Notes: a model not told the origin generated them from the sequence alone. A stretch of DNA of 63,614 nucleotides, filler included, from 17 parts of 17 records of this genome joined end to end with filler, not necessarily neighbours in it; one strand, 5' to 3'. Shown: positions 24,303 to 37,826, counted from the first letter of the whole stretch. A program made the numbers and translations.

Positions 24303-27300
24303 CTGATCGGAGTCGAGATAGAGCCTGGCCAGCTTGAGCTGTATCTGCAAGTGATGCGTATCGATGCGGGGCGAGCGGGGTGCAGATCTGGTCGAAGCTG
24401 AGGTAGCGGTAGCGGTAGCGGTGCGGGGTGCGGCCGGGGATGCTGACGTGCCCTGCGCTGACGTTTGCCGCCGTGTCTGGTTGTGGGTCAGCTCCACGAG
24501 CGCCGCGCGCAGGTACCCCTCAGCCTCAACGAACTGCCCGAGCTCGCTGTGCGCCTGCGTGTGCACAGAGAGAGCAGAGGGAGGGAAACAAAAGAAAAGA
24601 AAATGGAGAATGATCAATTTACATTTGGGAAGTGGAGGAAGTGATGAAAAATTCATCATGAATGGAACATAATTTTAAAAAGTCTCATGATGAAAGTCAG
24701 AAAGCTGGTGGGGAGAAGATCGACGCCTTAAACTGTCTCTCCCTCACACATTCGTGATTTAGTACATAACCAAGTCATGCTCACCTGGCTGATGAGTTCA
24801 GAGACGTAAACAAACTCAGCAATTTTGTCATCGCGGATCTGAATCATCCTTGTTCTGCCTGGTTGAGAGTGGTGTGTGTCTTGCCCGTTCGAGCCGGCCA
24901 GGCCAAAGCCCTGCCCGTGTGAGTGTGTCTGGCTGTGGCCATGTGCATCGCCGTGCGCTGTCTTCGTGTCCTCTGAGCCCGGCGTGCCACGCGTCTTGAG
25001 CCGCATGCGACTCGCACCCTTCTTCGATGATGACTGGTGGTGTGGTGATGGCGCGGGAGCCGGGCTCGAGGAGGATGAGGATGGTTTGGACAGCAGCGGC
25101 ACTGCAACCGCACTGGAGTCCGAGGACGGCGACGACACCAGGTCGTGCAGGAACGCGTGATGCAACGATGTCGCATGGAACTGGCTCGAGGTACTAGCCT
25201 TGTAGCTCTCGAGAATTTTGGCGTAGTACCCTATAAATATCAAGAGTGAGAATTAAGAGCAAGAAAGCGAATCAAGGGAATGCGCAAATGTGCGATATGG
25301 ATTCCAACAAAATATTGACCCAATACTGACCTAGGGCCCTGGACACATCACCGTGTTTCGAACACACGTCAGCCAGGGAGCGGTACAGTGCCGGGCACTC
25401 CGACCGGTGGCGCAGCTTGTGAGTCAGCACCGCGCCCTCGTACATGTGCACCGCATAGCTGTACTTGCCGTTCTCGAGCAGTGTGTCCCCGTAACTGCAC
25501 ACAATGAAACACAAGACCACCATGACGATATCAACACATGCAAACATATGCCCCGCGAGTTCACAACGCAATGAACTTGAAGCTCGAATCGATGAGAAAC
25601 TAGAACGACCAAGTGAACAATGAAGAGAGCAAGCGAGAGGATTGAAGAAAGACGGAGGGACATCGAGGCGTACGCAATGAGCAGTGAGGTTCCGAGGGGG
25701 GTGAGTAGTGGTGGAGGACCGCCGGGCAGGCCGGCAGGGAACACGGAGCTGCAGGTGTCAGTGATGTGCAGCGCCTCGAACAGCATGCGCTCGGCCGTGG
25801 CGTGGTCGCCCTTGTCGTGACGAGAGTAGTGTGCGAGTGCAAACATGGCGCGTGCTTTGAGTGCATGCGACGAGGGGATGAGCGGGTAGATGGCGCGCAG
25901 CATCTCCACGCGGTAGTTGACGTCCGTCAGCAGCCGGTCCAGGCAACCCGTGCGGCTGGCCGTGTGCGAGTGACACGACGAGCCCAGATACGGCGTGCTC
26001 GGAGATGTCACCCCCGCCGCGCCCGACACTCCGGCGATTCCCTCGGGGAGAGTGGACCGGGAGTGCTGATGGCGCGGTGCGCTGTGCGAGTCGTTCAGGG
26101 GGCACGATTTCGGGGGGGTGCTGGCCGGCGAGTGTAGGCCGAACCCGCTGCCTGAAGCCCCATCTGCGTACAGCACGGCAAGCATGGAGCATAAGAGTAC
26201 AGACATCGTGACGTAGATAATGATGATCAAGCAAGAGACCGTCCTGCTGTCAGTGAACAGCAGCCATGGGTGGCTATAATCATAGTGAGGTAAGTGTATG
26301 TTATCCAGGTCATTATACCATCATAATTGTGCAGGTTTATTGTTGATGATATTTCACCGCAGGTAGTATGCAGCGCTGCTAGTGCTCTGCAAGAAATCAA
26401 AGCGTCAATCGCGCGCAAATATTTCAGTGAAAATGTGCTGAACATGCTCTATCCTGCTGGAGATAACTTGCTTAGCACTCCCAGGACTCTTTGAGTCCCC
26501 AATGTTGGAGTTCTTCAACATGGTGTTTACCCCATTTCGACACCAGCACTGAGGTTAAATATATGGGGAATTGAGAGCACTGTGACATTAGATTGCACTT
26601 ACACTATATACAGAGGCCTACTCAGTATGGTCAGTCACGTACTAGGCGAGAATGAGGTTGAGCGGACCATGACAGGGCCCTGTGCTGATGTGGCAGAGAA
26701 GGGTGCGGCGTAGGAGTCCGGCAAGGTGCCCCCCGGCTGGGCTGGCTGGTTATTCTTGCTCATGACGGGCGACGAGGACGCAGACACCGATGTGCCCGAG
26801 GCCGCAGCTGCGGAGGGCACTGCCGCTGGGTCTGAGAACGTTCGCAGCGCTGGACGCGTGGTCCGCTTGCGTCCAATGCTACCGTTGCGGTCAAGCAAGC
26901 CGTACACGCTACTCGACACCTGTCACATCGCACAAATCAACACCATCGAGTATCCAAAAAGAATGGAAGATAGAGCGGAAATATAATAGTCTAGACAAAG
27001 CGACGCGAATGAGAGGGGGAGCGGGGGGAGGGGGGGGAATGGTGTATGAGAACGGATGGAACTAGCACTCACAGTCATAATGGAGGTGGAACGCAAGGTC
27101 ATGTCTCGATAGTCATGTGCCCAGCCATCATTGTCGGACGAGCTGTCGTCGCTCTCTGAGCTCCACTCTTGTCGCGGGCAGGAGCGCGTGTGCATTCCTC
27201 CTAGCGAGCCCGAGCGTGTGGCATTGCCATCCAGGTCAGTGCTCTCTGGGACGGGGTCCAGTGTGAACGGGGAGAGCCCACACAGCAGCAGGTGCAGGCT

Positions 27301-28269
27301 GGTCAGAGCCCAGGCCTGCAAAAGTAAAGGATGCCAGGGAGGAATTCCAGCACTCTGCAAAATGGGTGACAGGACAATGAGATTTCGGCATTGGCTGGAT
27401 GCATGGCTGCAACGCTGTCTGTCTGCGATACGTACGGAGGGTATGTCGAGGACGCTGTCGGTGTGCACGGGGCGGGGGCATGAGGCAAATGCGCCTTCCG
27501 AGGCCTGTGCTGATGACGAGGAGGCTTTACATGGAGTGCGGAATGGATTTGATTCTGTGTTGGGTGAGGGGATGCGGTCACCCGCGGGGTCGTCACGCGG
27601 CGCGAAGTCATTGCGGACAGGGCTGCTGGCGGCACCGAGGGTCACGGCAGGCGCAACGTCTTGAGCGGCTGCCAATGTGCGGCGGGACCTCTGATCGGGC
27701 GTGGGCGGGATGATCTCGATGCGCATGTAGCTGTGTGCGAGGCTCTGAGTCCTGGACGGACCGGGAGGTGAGGCTGATGCAGAAGGGGAAAGACTCTGCG
27801 CCTGTGAAGCCAAGCGGCCACTCCCCCCGCTACTACTGCCAGTGCGCTGCAAGCCGTATGCCGCAGTCCGGTCAGTCCACACAGCATCTGAAGAGGTGTG
27901 ACGAACACCCATTCCTGACATTTGCATATTAGAGTCCACGTCGATGTTGTTGGGAGAACCACTGTCCGTCCCACACACAGATGGGTCTGCATCCGAGGTA
28001 GATGAGGGAAATATGCCCGCAGGGTGGGGATACATGCGGAAAGGAGAGGTCTGTGCAGCGCAGTTCTCGGGCTCCGGGGACAGGGGCGGGCCTGGTGGAG
28101 TGGCGCTGGTCGGGGTCGGGGTGTGGGTCCGGGGCGGGGAAGAACAACGTGAGGGCGGCGGAGAGGTCCCGCGCGATCGAGGTGGCATGGAGTAGGAAGG
28201 CAGTGATGCAGCTGCGTGGAAAATGCGGCAGTACGCACTTTCTAATTTGCCGATTGCGGTGGATGGAAG
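24303..28269 (-). CDS. Large protein with S/P-rich disordered regions and TPR-like helical repeats, partial at both ends
   Basis: GC-rich exons bounded by AG/GT. Helical motifs ARAMFALAHY...AERMLFEAL, YGDTLLENGKYSYAVHMYE, AHSELGQFVEAEGYLRAAL and QLKLARLYL. Confidence 0.55.
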
Positions 28270-28718
28270 CTGGAGTGGAGCACATAAGCAGATTACAGGT
28301 GTTCACAACATCGGATTACAAGGTACAGAAGTGGAGAAAAGATGAGAGAAATTATGAGAGAAGGTTGTCCAAAAAAAATGCGACAGAAGATGGGCACAGC
28401 ATGAATGAATTTCCAGAACGAATACAACGACCGTGTCGTACGAAAAACGCTCGGAAAAAAGTTGTCAGCTTCGATTTCGATTTGTTTTTTCCATTGTTTT
28501 TCCTTTTTTTCTTTTGCAATTCATTTAGGAATTTTCAGAGTCAAAATAAAGTGCTCGAAAATGTCTGACAGTTCCTCAACCGACCTCGAGACCTTGGGCT
28601 CTCTTCGGAAACCGTCCANNNNNNNNNNNNNNNNNNNNNNNNNNNNNNNNNNNNNNNNNNNNTTAATTAATTAANNNNNNNNNNNNNNNNNNNNNNNNNN
28701 NNNNNNNNNNNNNNNNNN

Positions 28719-28836
28719 CCTGTTGCAAACTCGGGAATTTTTTTCTTTTTTTAAGCAATGGATAAAAATTCCCAAATAAGTTTTTTTTATCCCAACCTCT
28801 GAATATTTTTTTTCCTGAGTTTGAGTTTGCAACAGG
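28719..28836. mobile_element. MITE-like non-coding element with 14-bp terminal inverted repeats
   Basis: CCTGTTGCAAACTC (28719-28732) and its exact reverse complement GAGTTTGCAACAGG (28823-28836) flank an AT-rich core. The core segment TTTTTTTATC(C/G)CAACCTCTGA recurs at about 17815-17838. The left flank is cut by the contig end, so no TSD can be seen. Confidence 0.55.
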
Positions 28837-29179
28837 TCGAATGGGTAGTTAATTTTTAATTCGGGCTCTGTTCTGCGTGTAACTATTGATTAATGTGTAG
28901 CTCCCCCTTATTACAGTCATCATGAAAGGACGCGAATCCTACATTGCTTTATTTATCGTGATCGGCTCTGGTCTGTCCTCCGGTAAATTTTCAAATCCCA
29001 TTTTAGTGACGATGAAATTCTGAGCGTATTTTATATTATTTATTCTTCTGATACGACCTCTGAGTGTTCTATTTCCTCCAGGATTTCTCCGATTTTCTTC
29101 CTAATTTTCTCTGATTCATCTTCCTCTCCTCTTCCTCTCCTCTTCTTCTTCCCCCCTCGCACTTCCTGTGCTCTCTCAG

Positions 29180-30485
29180 ATACCTTTTGTTCGCTGCTGA
29201 GCCATACGAGACTATTGGCTTCAAGATCCCGGCCGTGGAAATCGATAAGAACGAGGGCAGGTTCTTCACGCATTGGGAGCCTGGCAAGAAGGTCTTCACT
29301 GTATGTCTCTCACGAACTAGATAGGCAGACATTTAATCTCATTCAGCACACATAGATAACACCGCTTGTACAGAGATTCCACTTTGATCCTTTCCATGAT
29401 GACCACTCTCCTGTCCTTTCGTTCTACCCTAGTTGTTGAGAGACTTGTTTATCCAATTAAGAATGACATTTACGTTCTGGAGATTCTATTCGTGAACTTC
29501 CTTCTGATGCCCATGATACATATGTATCACGCACCATATACTATTTGAATCGATGCTTCTCTGTGCGATATTTGTGACTCGTGGAGGTGATTGCTAATTG
29601 CATCGATGCGAGGACTTGGCATGAACTCACCCCCAGATATAGAATTTGACCTTTGCTTATCACTCATGCTGTGGGCGTGTAAGAACTTGTCATGCCAGGC
29701 ATCTTATTGTGGTTTGACGTCAATTGAGGAATGAACTGACATATTCATGGAACATGCATTTTTTTTATTGGTATTCTATTTATACGTCGGTGATCGAAAA
29801 TCATCTTATCTTCATTTTCCGCACGTATAACCCGTGGCACCTATTCATATTTCACTCACTATCAATGTGGAAAATACTCGATATTGCACCGGATCCAGGC
29901 TTGGTCTGGAACCACACAACGGGGCTGCGGAAAAATATATTCCAGCTCCAGTCGAAAAATAACATCATAGATCTAAGATCATAAATTATACTCATTCTGA
30001 GTATCTATGGATGTAGTACTCTCTGACCTGGCTTTCTCTCTCTGTTTCCATCCTTCTCTCCAATTTCTCAGCTGCAATTCTACTTCAAGCGCCCGGCATT
30101 CGCCATGACCGGTGCCCCAAGCTCAGCGCCACCTTCCTCGTCAGCACCCCCTCCCTCCGGACCCCCCCCTATGTCCCAGGGCATGCCCCCACCCCCTTCC
30201 ATGCCCCAAGGAAATATGGGTATGGGTAACATGGGTATGGGTCCTCCCCCCCCAATGGGTATGATGCAAGGAATGCCGCCCCCACCTGCCCCTTACGGAA
30301 TGCAAGGGGGTATGGGCATGGGAAATATGCCCCCTAACATGGGAATGAATATGGGTAACATGAATATGGGTAACATGAATATGGGGAACATGAATATGGG
30401 TAATATGCCGCCTCCTAATATGGGCATGAATATGGGTAACATGGGTATGGGTATGGGCCCCCCCCCGCCGCCTCGGCCTTACTAG
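29180..30485 (+). CDS. SF3A2: Splicing factor 3A subunit 2 (SAP62/Prp11), last two exons
   Basis: Exon 29180-29300 encodes YLLFAAEPYETIGFKIPAVEIDKNEGRFFTHW. Exon 30072-30485 encodes LQFYFK followed by a Pro/Gly/Met/Asn-rich tail. Confidence 0.93.
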
Positions 30486-31623
30486 CCCTCGAAGTTTCAT
30501 TCTGTTTGACGTGACATTCTGACGTGGACTTGTGTTTTTCTCTTATTTTGATTTCGATTCAAGCGTTTTCTTCTTCTTTACTCTTCTTCCCCTTTACCCT
30601 CAGTCTTCATTATTTCTTACTCTTTTCCTCTCTTCTTCTCTCCATCTTCTAAGGGCAGAAAATATCTCCGAAGAAACACATGTTTTCCGTTTTGGGTGTG
30701 GCTTTCGAGATTCGTTCGCGTCCGCTCGTCGTCCACAAATTCTCTCGCGATCCGCTCGGGCTCATAGGAACGGATCGAGCGGATTTCCGTGCAGAGAGCT
30801 ATTGGTCTTCATTCACTCACATTCACTTGCCCATCTCATTTCCTGTCTGTTGTCCTTTTGATGGAAAACTATGGTTGTGGTGGAGGTGGTTGAGGTCCAC
30901 TTGACAGACCATATTATTGTGGTTATCCTGTTATCCTGAATGGTCTGATGGAGTAATCCTAGTTTTTATGCTTTTCTATCTTCTATTCGACGATGCAACA
31001 TGCATTCTATTCCCCAATCTTCCCAATTGCCTCGTCTTTGGTTGTCTTTGGTCTATTTGCCCCATGTTTTTTTTCAAGTGTGATGTAGAACTGAACATTC
31101 CCAAACTATACTCCTTCAATCATTCAGAAATAAATAAAGCTTGCCATTCAGTCATGCACGAGATTGAACATGTGAACATTGATGACTATCTCTCTCCCCT
31201 CCTCCCTGAGTCGCCGATGTCCGGATGTCCGGATGGATGGAGGGTGCCAGGCGTTACAAGCTTGACATAACGTTATTAGTTGTATCGCATCGCTACAATT
31301 TCTCTGACGTGAACAAGCGAAGGGCCTTGTACCTTCGAAGCACCGAATACGTGAACAACTGACAATTGAGGATTTGGGAGGATTTGAATTGAGGCGTTTA
31401 TTAGTAGATACTATATCTGTCNNNNNNNNNNNNNNNNNNNNNNNNNNNNNNNNNNNNNNNNNNNNTTAATTAATTAANNNNNNNNNNNNNNNNNNNNNNN
31501 NNNNNNNNNNNNNNNNNNNNNTTTTTTTTTTTTTTTTTTTTTCAAACTCGATTCTTTGAAACTCGAGAAAATTCCTCATCTGCTTATTTGTTCGATGGTT
31601 CTCCATTTTTTTTTTTTTTCAAG

Positions 31624-34600
31624 GAAACGCTCCGACTTCAAAAGGTTGCCGATGCATACTACTGTCGAGCTAGCTTCCAATCCTGGCGAAACATCATCAG
31701 CCGAAATGAGACTCAGCTAGCCTTAGCCCAAGATCACTACTCCCGTGTCTCGCTGCGCAAATGCTGTGCACTTTTCCGAGCATGGCGAAGTCTCATCACG
31801 CTTTCTTCCTCTCGGCAAACTCTAGCCCAGGAGCATCATACTCGTGTTTCGCTTCAGAAGTGCTGGACTGCTCTTCGAGACATGATCCACGAGGCACACA
31901 CCCGAGAAAATATTGCCATAGTGCATTCCACTCACCACGACCTTCATCGAGCTTTTTCTGCCTGGTCTGATACCGTGAAAGCAAGCCATCATCATCGCGA
32001 TATCAGCATTGCATTCCATCATCGCACTCTGCAACAGTCATGTCTGAGGCAATGGTTGCTGCGAGTCTCTCAGGCTTCAGAGAAGCTGAAAATTGCAGAA
32101 ACGAAATTCACACGCACATGCTTCCTGGCATGGAAATCTCACTGTACTAGTGCAATTTCGTCTCGCTCAAAAACACTCACTGAATTCACATCTGCATGCA
32201 ATACTAGAGTCAAATCACGTACTTTCCATGCATGGCTCCAACATCATAAGGACCAGAAAATGCAGCAGGCCAAAGCAGAGAATCTCATCGCTACATTCAC
32301 ATCTGCTTGCAACACTCGCGTCCTCTCACGCACTTTCTATGCTTGGCTTCACTTCTACAAAGATCGAAAGCTCCAGCTCACCAAAACAGAAAGTATCCTC
32401 ACCGAATTCACCTCTACTTGCAATCTTCGAGTCCAGGCCCGCATTTTCCAATCATGGCTCCAATTCTATACAGAACAGAAAGCAAAACACACTAAAGCAG
32501 AGAATATCATTTCTACATTCACATTTGCCTGCAATAGTCGAGTTATGTCGCGCATTTTCCAATCATGGCTTCAATTCCACCAGTATCGGAAAGCGAAGCA
32601 GACCAAAATCCAAACATCAAATCAGCTCTATCACCACACTCTGCTTCGGACATGCATTGCACAATGGAAAATACAGCGTGAAAAAGCCCGAAACCGCGCA
32701 AGATCTGTTTCTCATTGTCATAAGAATCAGCTCAAGAGAACATTCTATCTCTGGAAGCAGGCAGCCTCAACACTACACATGGCATCCCAACGCAAAACAC
32801 GCACTTGCATTCTATCACACTACTTACAACGCTGGGCACACTATACAAGGCACATTGTATTACTACATCGCAATATTGATGCAATTCATCATCGCCATAC
32901 CAAGAAACTCCTTCACAAATCTTTCCATGCATGGACAAAACACATGGCATCATTACATAGCAACTGTGATGTAATTCGTCAGCGCTATTCCAAGTCTATC
33001 CTTCGCACATTTTTCCACGTATGGACAATGAGTGTTCAGCACAAAGCAACGGTGGATAGCATCGTGAAATCAGTCATCCATCGCCGCGAAATGCACCTGA
33101 TCTCTGCATCATTTACCTCATGGAGAAAACGGACTCATCAAAATGCAACTCTTCACCGCATCTTTGAGCGTGTAAATGCACGATACACCACCCAGCTTCT
33201 CTCACTCCACCTTGCGAGGTGGCAGGAGCAAGTGAAATTATCCAAGTCGCAGTATCAGAAGGGTGTGGATCACTATAGAATTGCACTTAAGCGCGGAGTT
33301 TTGAATGCGTGGATCTCACACTACACATCAGCTAAAACCGAGCAGCAGTCAGTATGCAATCATCGTGAACAAAGCCTCGTGTCTAATGCATGGCGCACCT
33401 GGTCTATATATGTCATTAAGCAGCGCAAAAATATGTCTCGAGCTGAAAGGCATTCCCGTAATACCACATATCTCCGCGTGTTTGCATCTTGGTGTGAGTT
33501 TTTGGACCTCAAATCCTCTACCCAGAATCACATCTCTACCGCGATTGCTTTTGCCACTCGCTCCCTGCTTCAAAGAGCATTCAGAGCACTCATTGAGCAT
33601 CACGCGCAGCAGCAACAGGAGTATGAAAAAATCCAATACGCAACCAGCCACTACATCTACTCCCTTGTATACCGCGTTTTTGTGTTTTGGTCCGAATTGG
33701 CTAAAGTAATGGCGACAGAACGATGCGACACTCTATCTCTAGTCACCATTCATTATGAGCGCTCTCTCTTGACGAAGTGCCTGCAATGCCTCAAACAATT
33801 CACGCACTTACAACAGCACAAAAAACGAATGCAGCATCTCGTGAAAGCCCACTATACCCAGTCACTATTCACAAAAACTTTCCAACTGTGGAAATCATTC
33901 AGCATCAAGACACAAAGAAATCGAAGTGCCAAAGACACAGCTCACAAGTTCAACACCCACCACACATACCAGAAATATTTTTCCACCTGGAAAACATTCA
34001 CTCACTCTGAAATTACCAGACAGCAAGAGTACAATACCCTTGCCCAAAATCGCTACAATGCCTCACTTCTTGAGTCATGTATGCAAGGGTGGCTGAACTT
34101 TATCGCCGCAAATCGTGAACTTTACACTCACCAATGGGAACTGGCCGTCAGAAACTCACGTCACACCCTCATGCACCATGCATACCACTCATGGCATACC
34201 TATACCCACACTGAACATACTCATATGTGTGAATTGCAAACTCGTGCAGAAAAATTCCACGCTCGCAATTTCATGCAGCATATCTGGAACAGGTGGCAAC
34301 AGTTTGCAAAACTTGGCCTAAAGAAAAACCGCGATTTGCACATTCAGAAATTGAAGGAGAAATGCCTAGCTCACACAAAATCTCACGCTGAGGCACATCC
34401 AAACTCATTCACCGGGAATGACATTCACCAACACACCACACACTCTGAGAATATCACTGCTGATCATACTCACAATCACACTCCATCACTACAGCCTTCT
34501 GACGATTCACTCAGCCACTCCATCATGACTGACACTAGAAATAGAACCATGTCATCTGGCGAAAAGCTGTCAGATATTATGAGCAATGAGAATGGACCGA

Positions 34601-34944
34601 AAGAACCACATAATGCACGTGATACGATCGATATGAATGATGTGAATGATGTGCTGCTATGGGCCGGACACTATGCCAAATACCGGATGTGTGATCGCAT
34701 CTTCAAGGCCTGGGTCATCACGGTGCAGCATTCCCAGGAGAAAGCACGGATGCATCTTCGAGCAAGTCAGCACTATTCCCTGGGCGTGTGTCGTGCCGTG
34801 TTTTTAGCCTGGAAAAATGACACGATTCGAGAGTGTGGGGTGGTCAAGGCTCTCGTGGCTAAAGCTGATGCCCACTTCAGTCAAAAAGCGGTTCTTTGGG
34901 CGTGGAATGTGTGGCGAGAGATCCTTGCTTGCGAACAAACAAAT
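31624..34944 (+). CDS. Sfi1-like centrin-binding repeat protein, one internal 3.3-kb exon
   Basis: 1107 open codons between AG and GTAAGT. More than 20 repeats of the pattern A/H-x(n)-L-x-x-x-F/L-x-x-W-K/R (e.g. LHRAFSAWS, SRTFHAWLQ, LHKSFHAWT, QKYFSTWKT), matching the Sfi1 consensus. Confidence 0.8.
32179..32590 (+). repeat. Four 111-bp (37-aa) coding tandem repeats inside the Sfi1-like exon
   Basis: Units start at 32179, 32290, 32401 and 32512 (xxFTSACNxRVxSRxFxxWLQ). Similarity is still visible at the DNA level. Confidence 0.9.
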
Positions 34945-35234
34945 GTAAGTAACATTCCTTTATTAACTCTGAGAAATTTCTCGGTGTTTTACATTNNNNN
35001 NNNNNNNNNNNNNNNNNNNNNNNNNNNNNNNNNNNNNNNTTAATTAATTAANNNNNNNNNNNNNNNNNNNNNNNNNNNNNNNNNNNNNNNNNNNNCGAAA
35101 AGCTAAAAATAGCGACCGTTGTGAATAGAATGGCCCGCGGGGGGGGGGGAGGGGGCAAAATTCCCATAATTTGTGTATGAACCCCTGGATAGACTCTGAG
35201 CTAGGGCGGTTTGGAAATACCAAGGATGACTCAC

Positions 35235-36901
35235 TAATGGCAGCGCACATCGGCATACAGCGGGAGCAAAAACCCGCCGATGGCCTCGTCACTCAGCATC
35301 ACACTGCCCGCCGTCACCTACAGGGCATGGAAATTGAAGAGACACAACGCACAGTTAGCTACGGCGGTAAAGAAAAGATCGCATCGCTGCCTCTGAATGA
35401 TAATCATCCCGAGAGCGGGAATCCGATTGTTGAATTTGAAACAAAGCATCTATTGCGATAGCTGGAAAACAATTTTGATGCAATGATTAGAATGCATAGG
35501 CTCTCAAAATGACAGAAATATAAAAGCAACAAACTATCATCAATGAAGCTCCTGATATACTTCTATCAAACAGCCTTCTGGAACCAATGAGAGATATCTC
35601 ACCTGACACTGAGCCACTAATGTGCGTTCTCGGTTCCCCTCTCTGTTCCTTCTGGCAGCGATGTATGTATCCCTGAGTCCGAAGGCAAATGATGTTGCAG
35701 GTCGGGGTAGACTGTGACCATTCGCGCCTACGGACTGCTTGTTTGAGCCTGCTGTGTGGATGTATTTATGGGCAGGTGGGTGTGTAAGTGTGAATGTATG
35801 TGTATGTGTGTATGTTTGTCCGTAGGTATATGCGTACAGGGGTGGTATGTGTGGATATGGATGAGAGAGAAGAAGGTGAGAAGCGAGCGTAAAAGCGAAA
35901 CCCATGGAAATACTCTATGAAGAAACTTTTCTTTACAATGCTTCAAGTTTCAATTGATAGCGTTCTGGCATTCAGGCGAGGGGAGCGAGTCATGGGTAGA
36001 CGGGGAAGGAGGGAGGGGAGCAAAGTCGAGGGATAAGGACGGTCGGGTAGGGTAGATGATATGAATAAAGAGGGAAGAGGGGAGAGAAGGGAAGATGAAG
36101 TGAGAGGATAAGAATACTGGTCGAAGGGAGAGGAAAGGTGGAGGGTAGAAGTCTTGGGGAGAGGGTATGAGGCCAGAGCGGGTAGACCTTTGGATGTCTT
36201 CAGGACTTGATTGAGGCAAGCCTCGAATTGTGGGCGCTCTTGTAGAGAGCATGTAGCGAGGCCAGACTGGATATCCCCCTTCGCACTGGTGCCATCCCCG
36301 GTCAACACGTGGCACTGGCTACGCCTGTACCATGCCTTGCTGTACCCCGGGTTCAGCAGCAGTGCACGGGATGCATCTGCCTAAATATTCAAGCAAGAAG
36401 AAATGAGATGAAATGATGAAATGATGAAAGAAAATGAAAAGAAAAGAAAATACAATACAATTGACTTCTCAAAATATCATCTACCTCGCCTGGATATAGG
36501 AAGCTGAGAGATTCCATGAAGTATATACTTATTGGTTTCTAGCAATAGTATGCAATCTGTCGAGAAATGTCGGCTTGTCCAATGTATACCAGGCGACTCG
36601 ACTTACACATGCTAGTGTCGGTTTTGGAGGAGTGAGATGCAGTAAACATGTCGCACGGTTCAAATAGATACTGGCAAGAAATTCTTCAATCCCCGAAGTT
36701 CCAGAATGAGGCTTCTTTGCAAACAAAGCCCGATCTTCGGCAAGCTTTAGGGCCTGAAGTGAAGATGATGAACAATTGACTTCAGAAAAGAATCAGATAC
36801 GGCACCGTTGTATAGTGAGATACTGCTCGAAGATAGCGCTGTTGAGAAAAGCAGCGATTTCCCTCGGCTTTTTCTTCCTCTGCTTTTCGGAAAGATTTCA
36901 T
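35235..36901 (-). CDS. TPR + SET/MYND protein (SMYD4-like lysine methyltransferase), 3' partial
   Basis: TPR motifs KAEGNRCFSQQRYLRAVSHYT, IYLNRATCL and DASRALLLNPGYSKAWYRR. Then a SET-N-like RTLVAQCQ|VTAGSVMLSDE and the start of a MYND finger RCH(Y). An upstream exon cannot be excluded. Confidence 0.7.
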
Positions 36902-37162
36902 GTCGGATAGCTCCACAAAGTTGGCCTAACCAGTATAATCGTTCAGTTTGAGTGTATTGATGGAGGAAACCTATAGTACCATGAATATTTATGCTATTTT
37001 CACCCTTTTCAGGTCGAAATGCAAGCGGTATCTTGTAAGAAATGTCGACTATTTATTTGGTGAGAAATCCTTGCATCACTTCACATGACCCGCCTCTCCA
37101 CATCTGTCAGGAGAACATTCATCGCTCAATTCGATTTTCGCTTTTTTCAACTCATCATTCGA

Positions 37163-37826
37163 AGTGAGTGCGCGCTTTATTCTGCTTCTCTATCTCTTCA
37201 GTCTGGTCTTTTCCTGCTATCGTATGTTGTCTTTTGGTCCGCGACTTATTCTCGAGTCCTTTCATGCGATGCAGTGGCCCCAAAGAAAGCTCCTGCAAAG
37301 ACGGCCGACGCACCCGCTAAGGGTGGTGAAAAGCTCGGTACATGCAACCATGTGACTGCACGCCATATTCTTTGCGAAAAGAAGGGGCGAATGGATGAAT
37401 GCTGGGCGAAGATCAAGGAAGTCCTTGATGCAGGGGACAAAGTTACCGTAGCCTTCTTTGGAAAGGTAGTTTTTCACAAATCATTATATCATATGATATT
37501 TGACCGTATGTGGGTATCTCAGATACAAATAATCCTTTCATCCACTCGACCTCACAGCATGCACCTTACCGGTCCTTCGAGTCCTTGACAAATCTTCATA
37601 TTTCGTCAACTTCAACCTCTTGTTTATCTTTTCTTATGATGTGTTGACAGTTGGCCGAAGAGTACTCTGACTGTCCTTCCAAGAAGCGAGGTGGCAGTCT
37701 CGGGGAATTCCCTCGGTAATATTCTCTTATCATCCAAGGATTCATTCTAACATTTCTCGTCAGTGGTAAAATGGAGCCGAAGTTCCAAGACATGGCCTTC
37801 TCGACCCCAGTTGGTGAAATTTCGCA
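37163..37826 (+). CDS. PIN4: Parvulin-type peptidyl-prolyl isomerase (Par14/PIN4), 3' partial
   Basis: Coding parts 37163, 37275-37465, 37651-37715 and 37764-37826 give MAPKK...LGTCNHVTARHILCEK...LAEEYSDCPSKKRGGSLGEFPRGKMEPKFQDMAFSTPVG. Confidence 0.92.

Noticed and set aside
24364-28568. Numerous overlapping ORFs in the GC-rich TPR-gene contig
   Set aside because: Alternative-frame and antisense by-products of high GC.
30749-30784. 9-bp inverted repeat ATCCGCTCG...CGAGCGGAT as an ncRNA or terminator
   Set aside because: An isolated short hairpin with no recognisable RNA family features.
37085-37588. ORF-track 167-aa parvulin with a long hydrophobic N-terminus
   Set aside because: The N-terminal part is better explained as 5' UTR plus intron (strong GTGAGT donor, pyrimidine tract, CAG).
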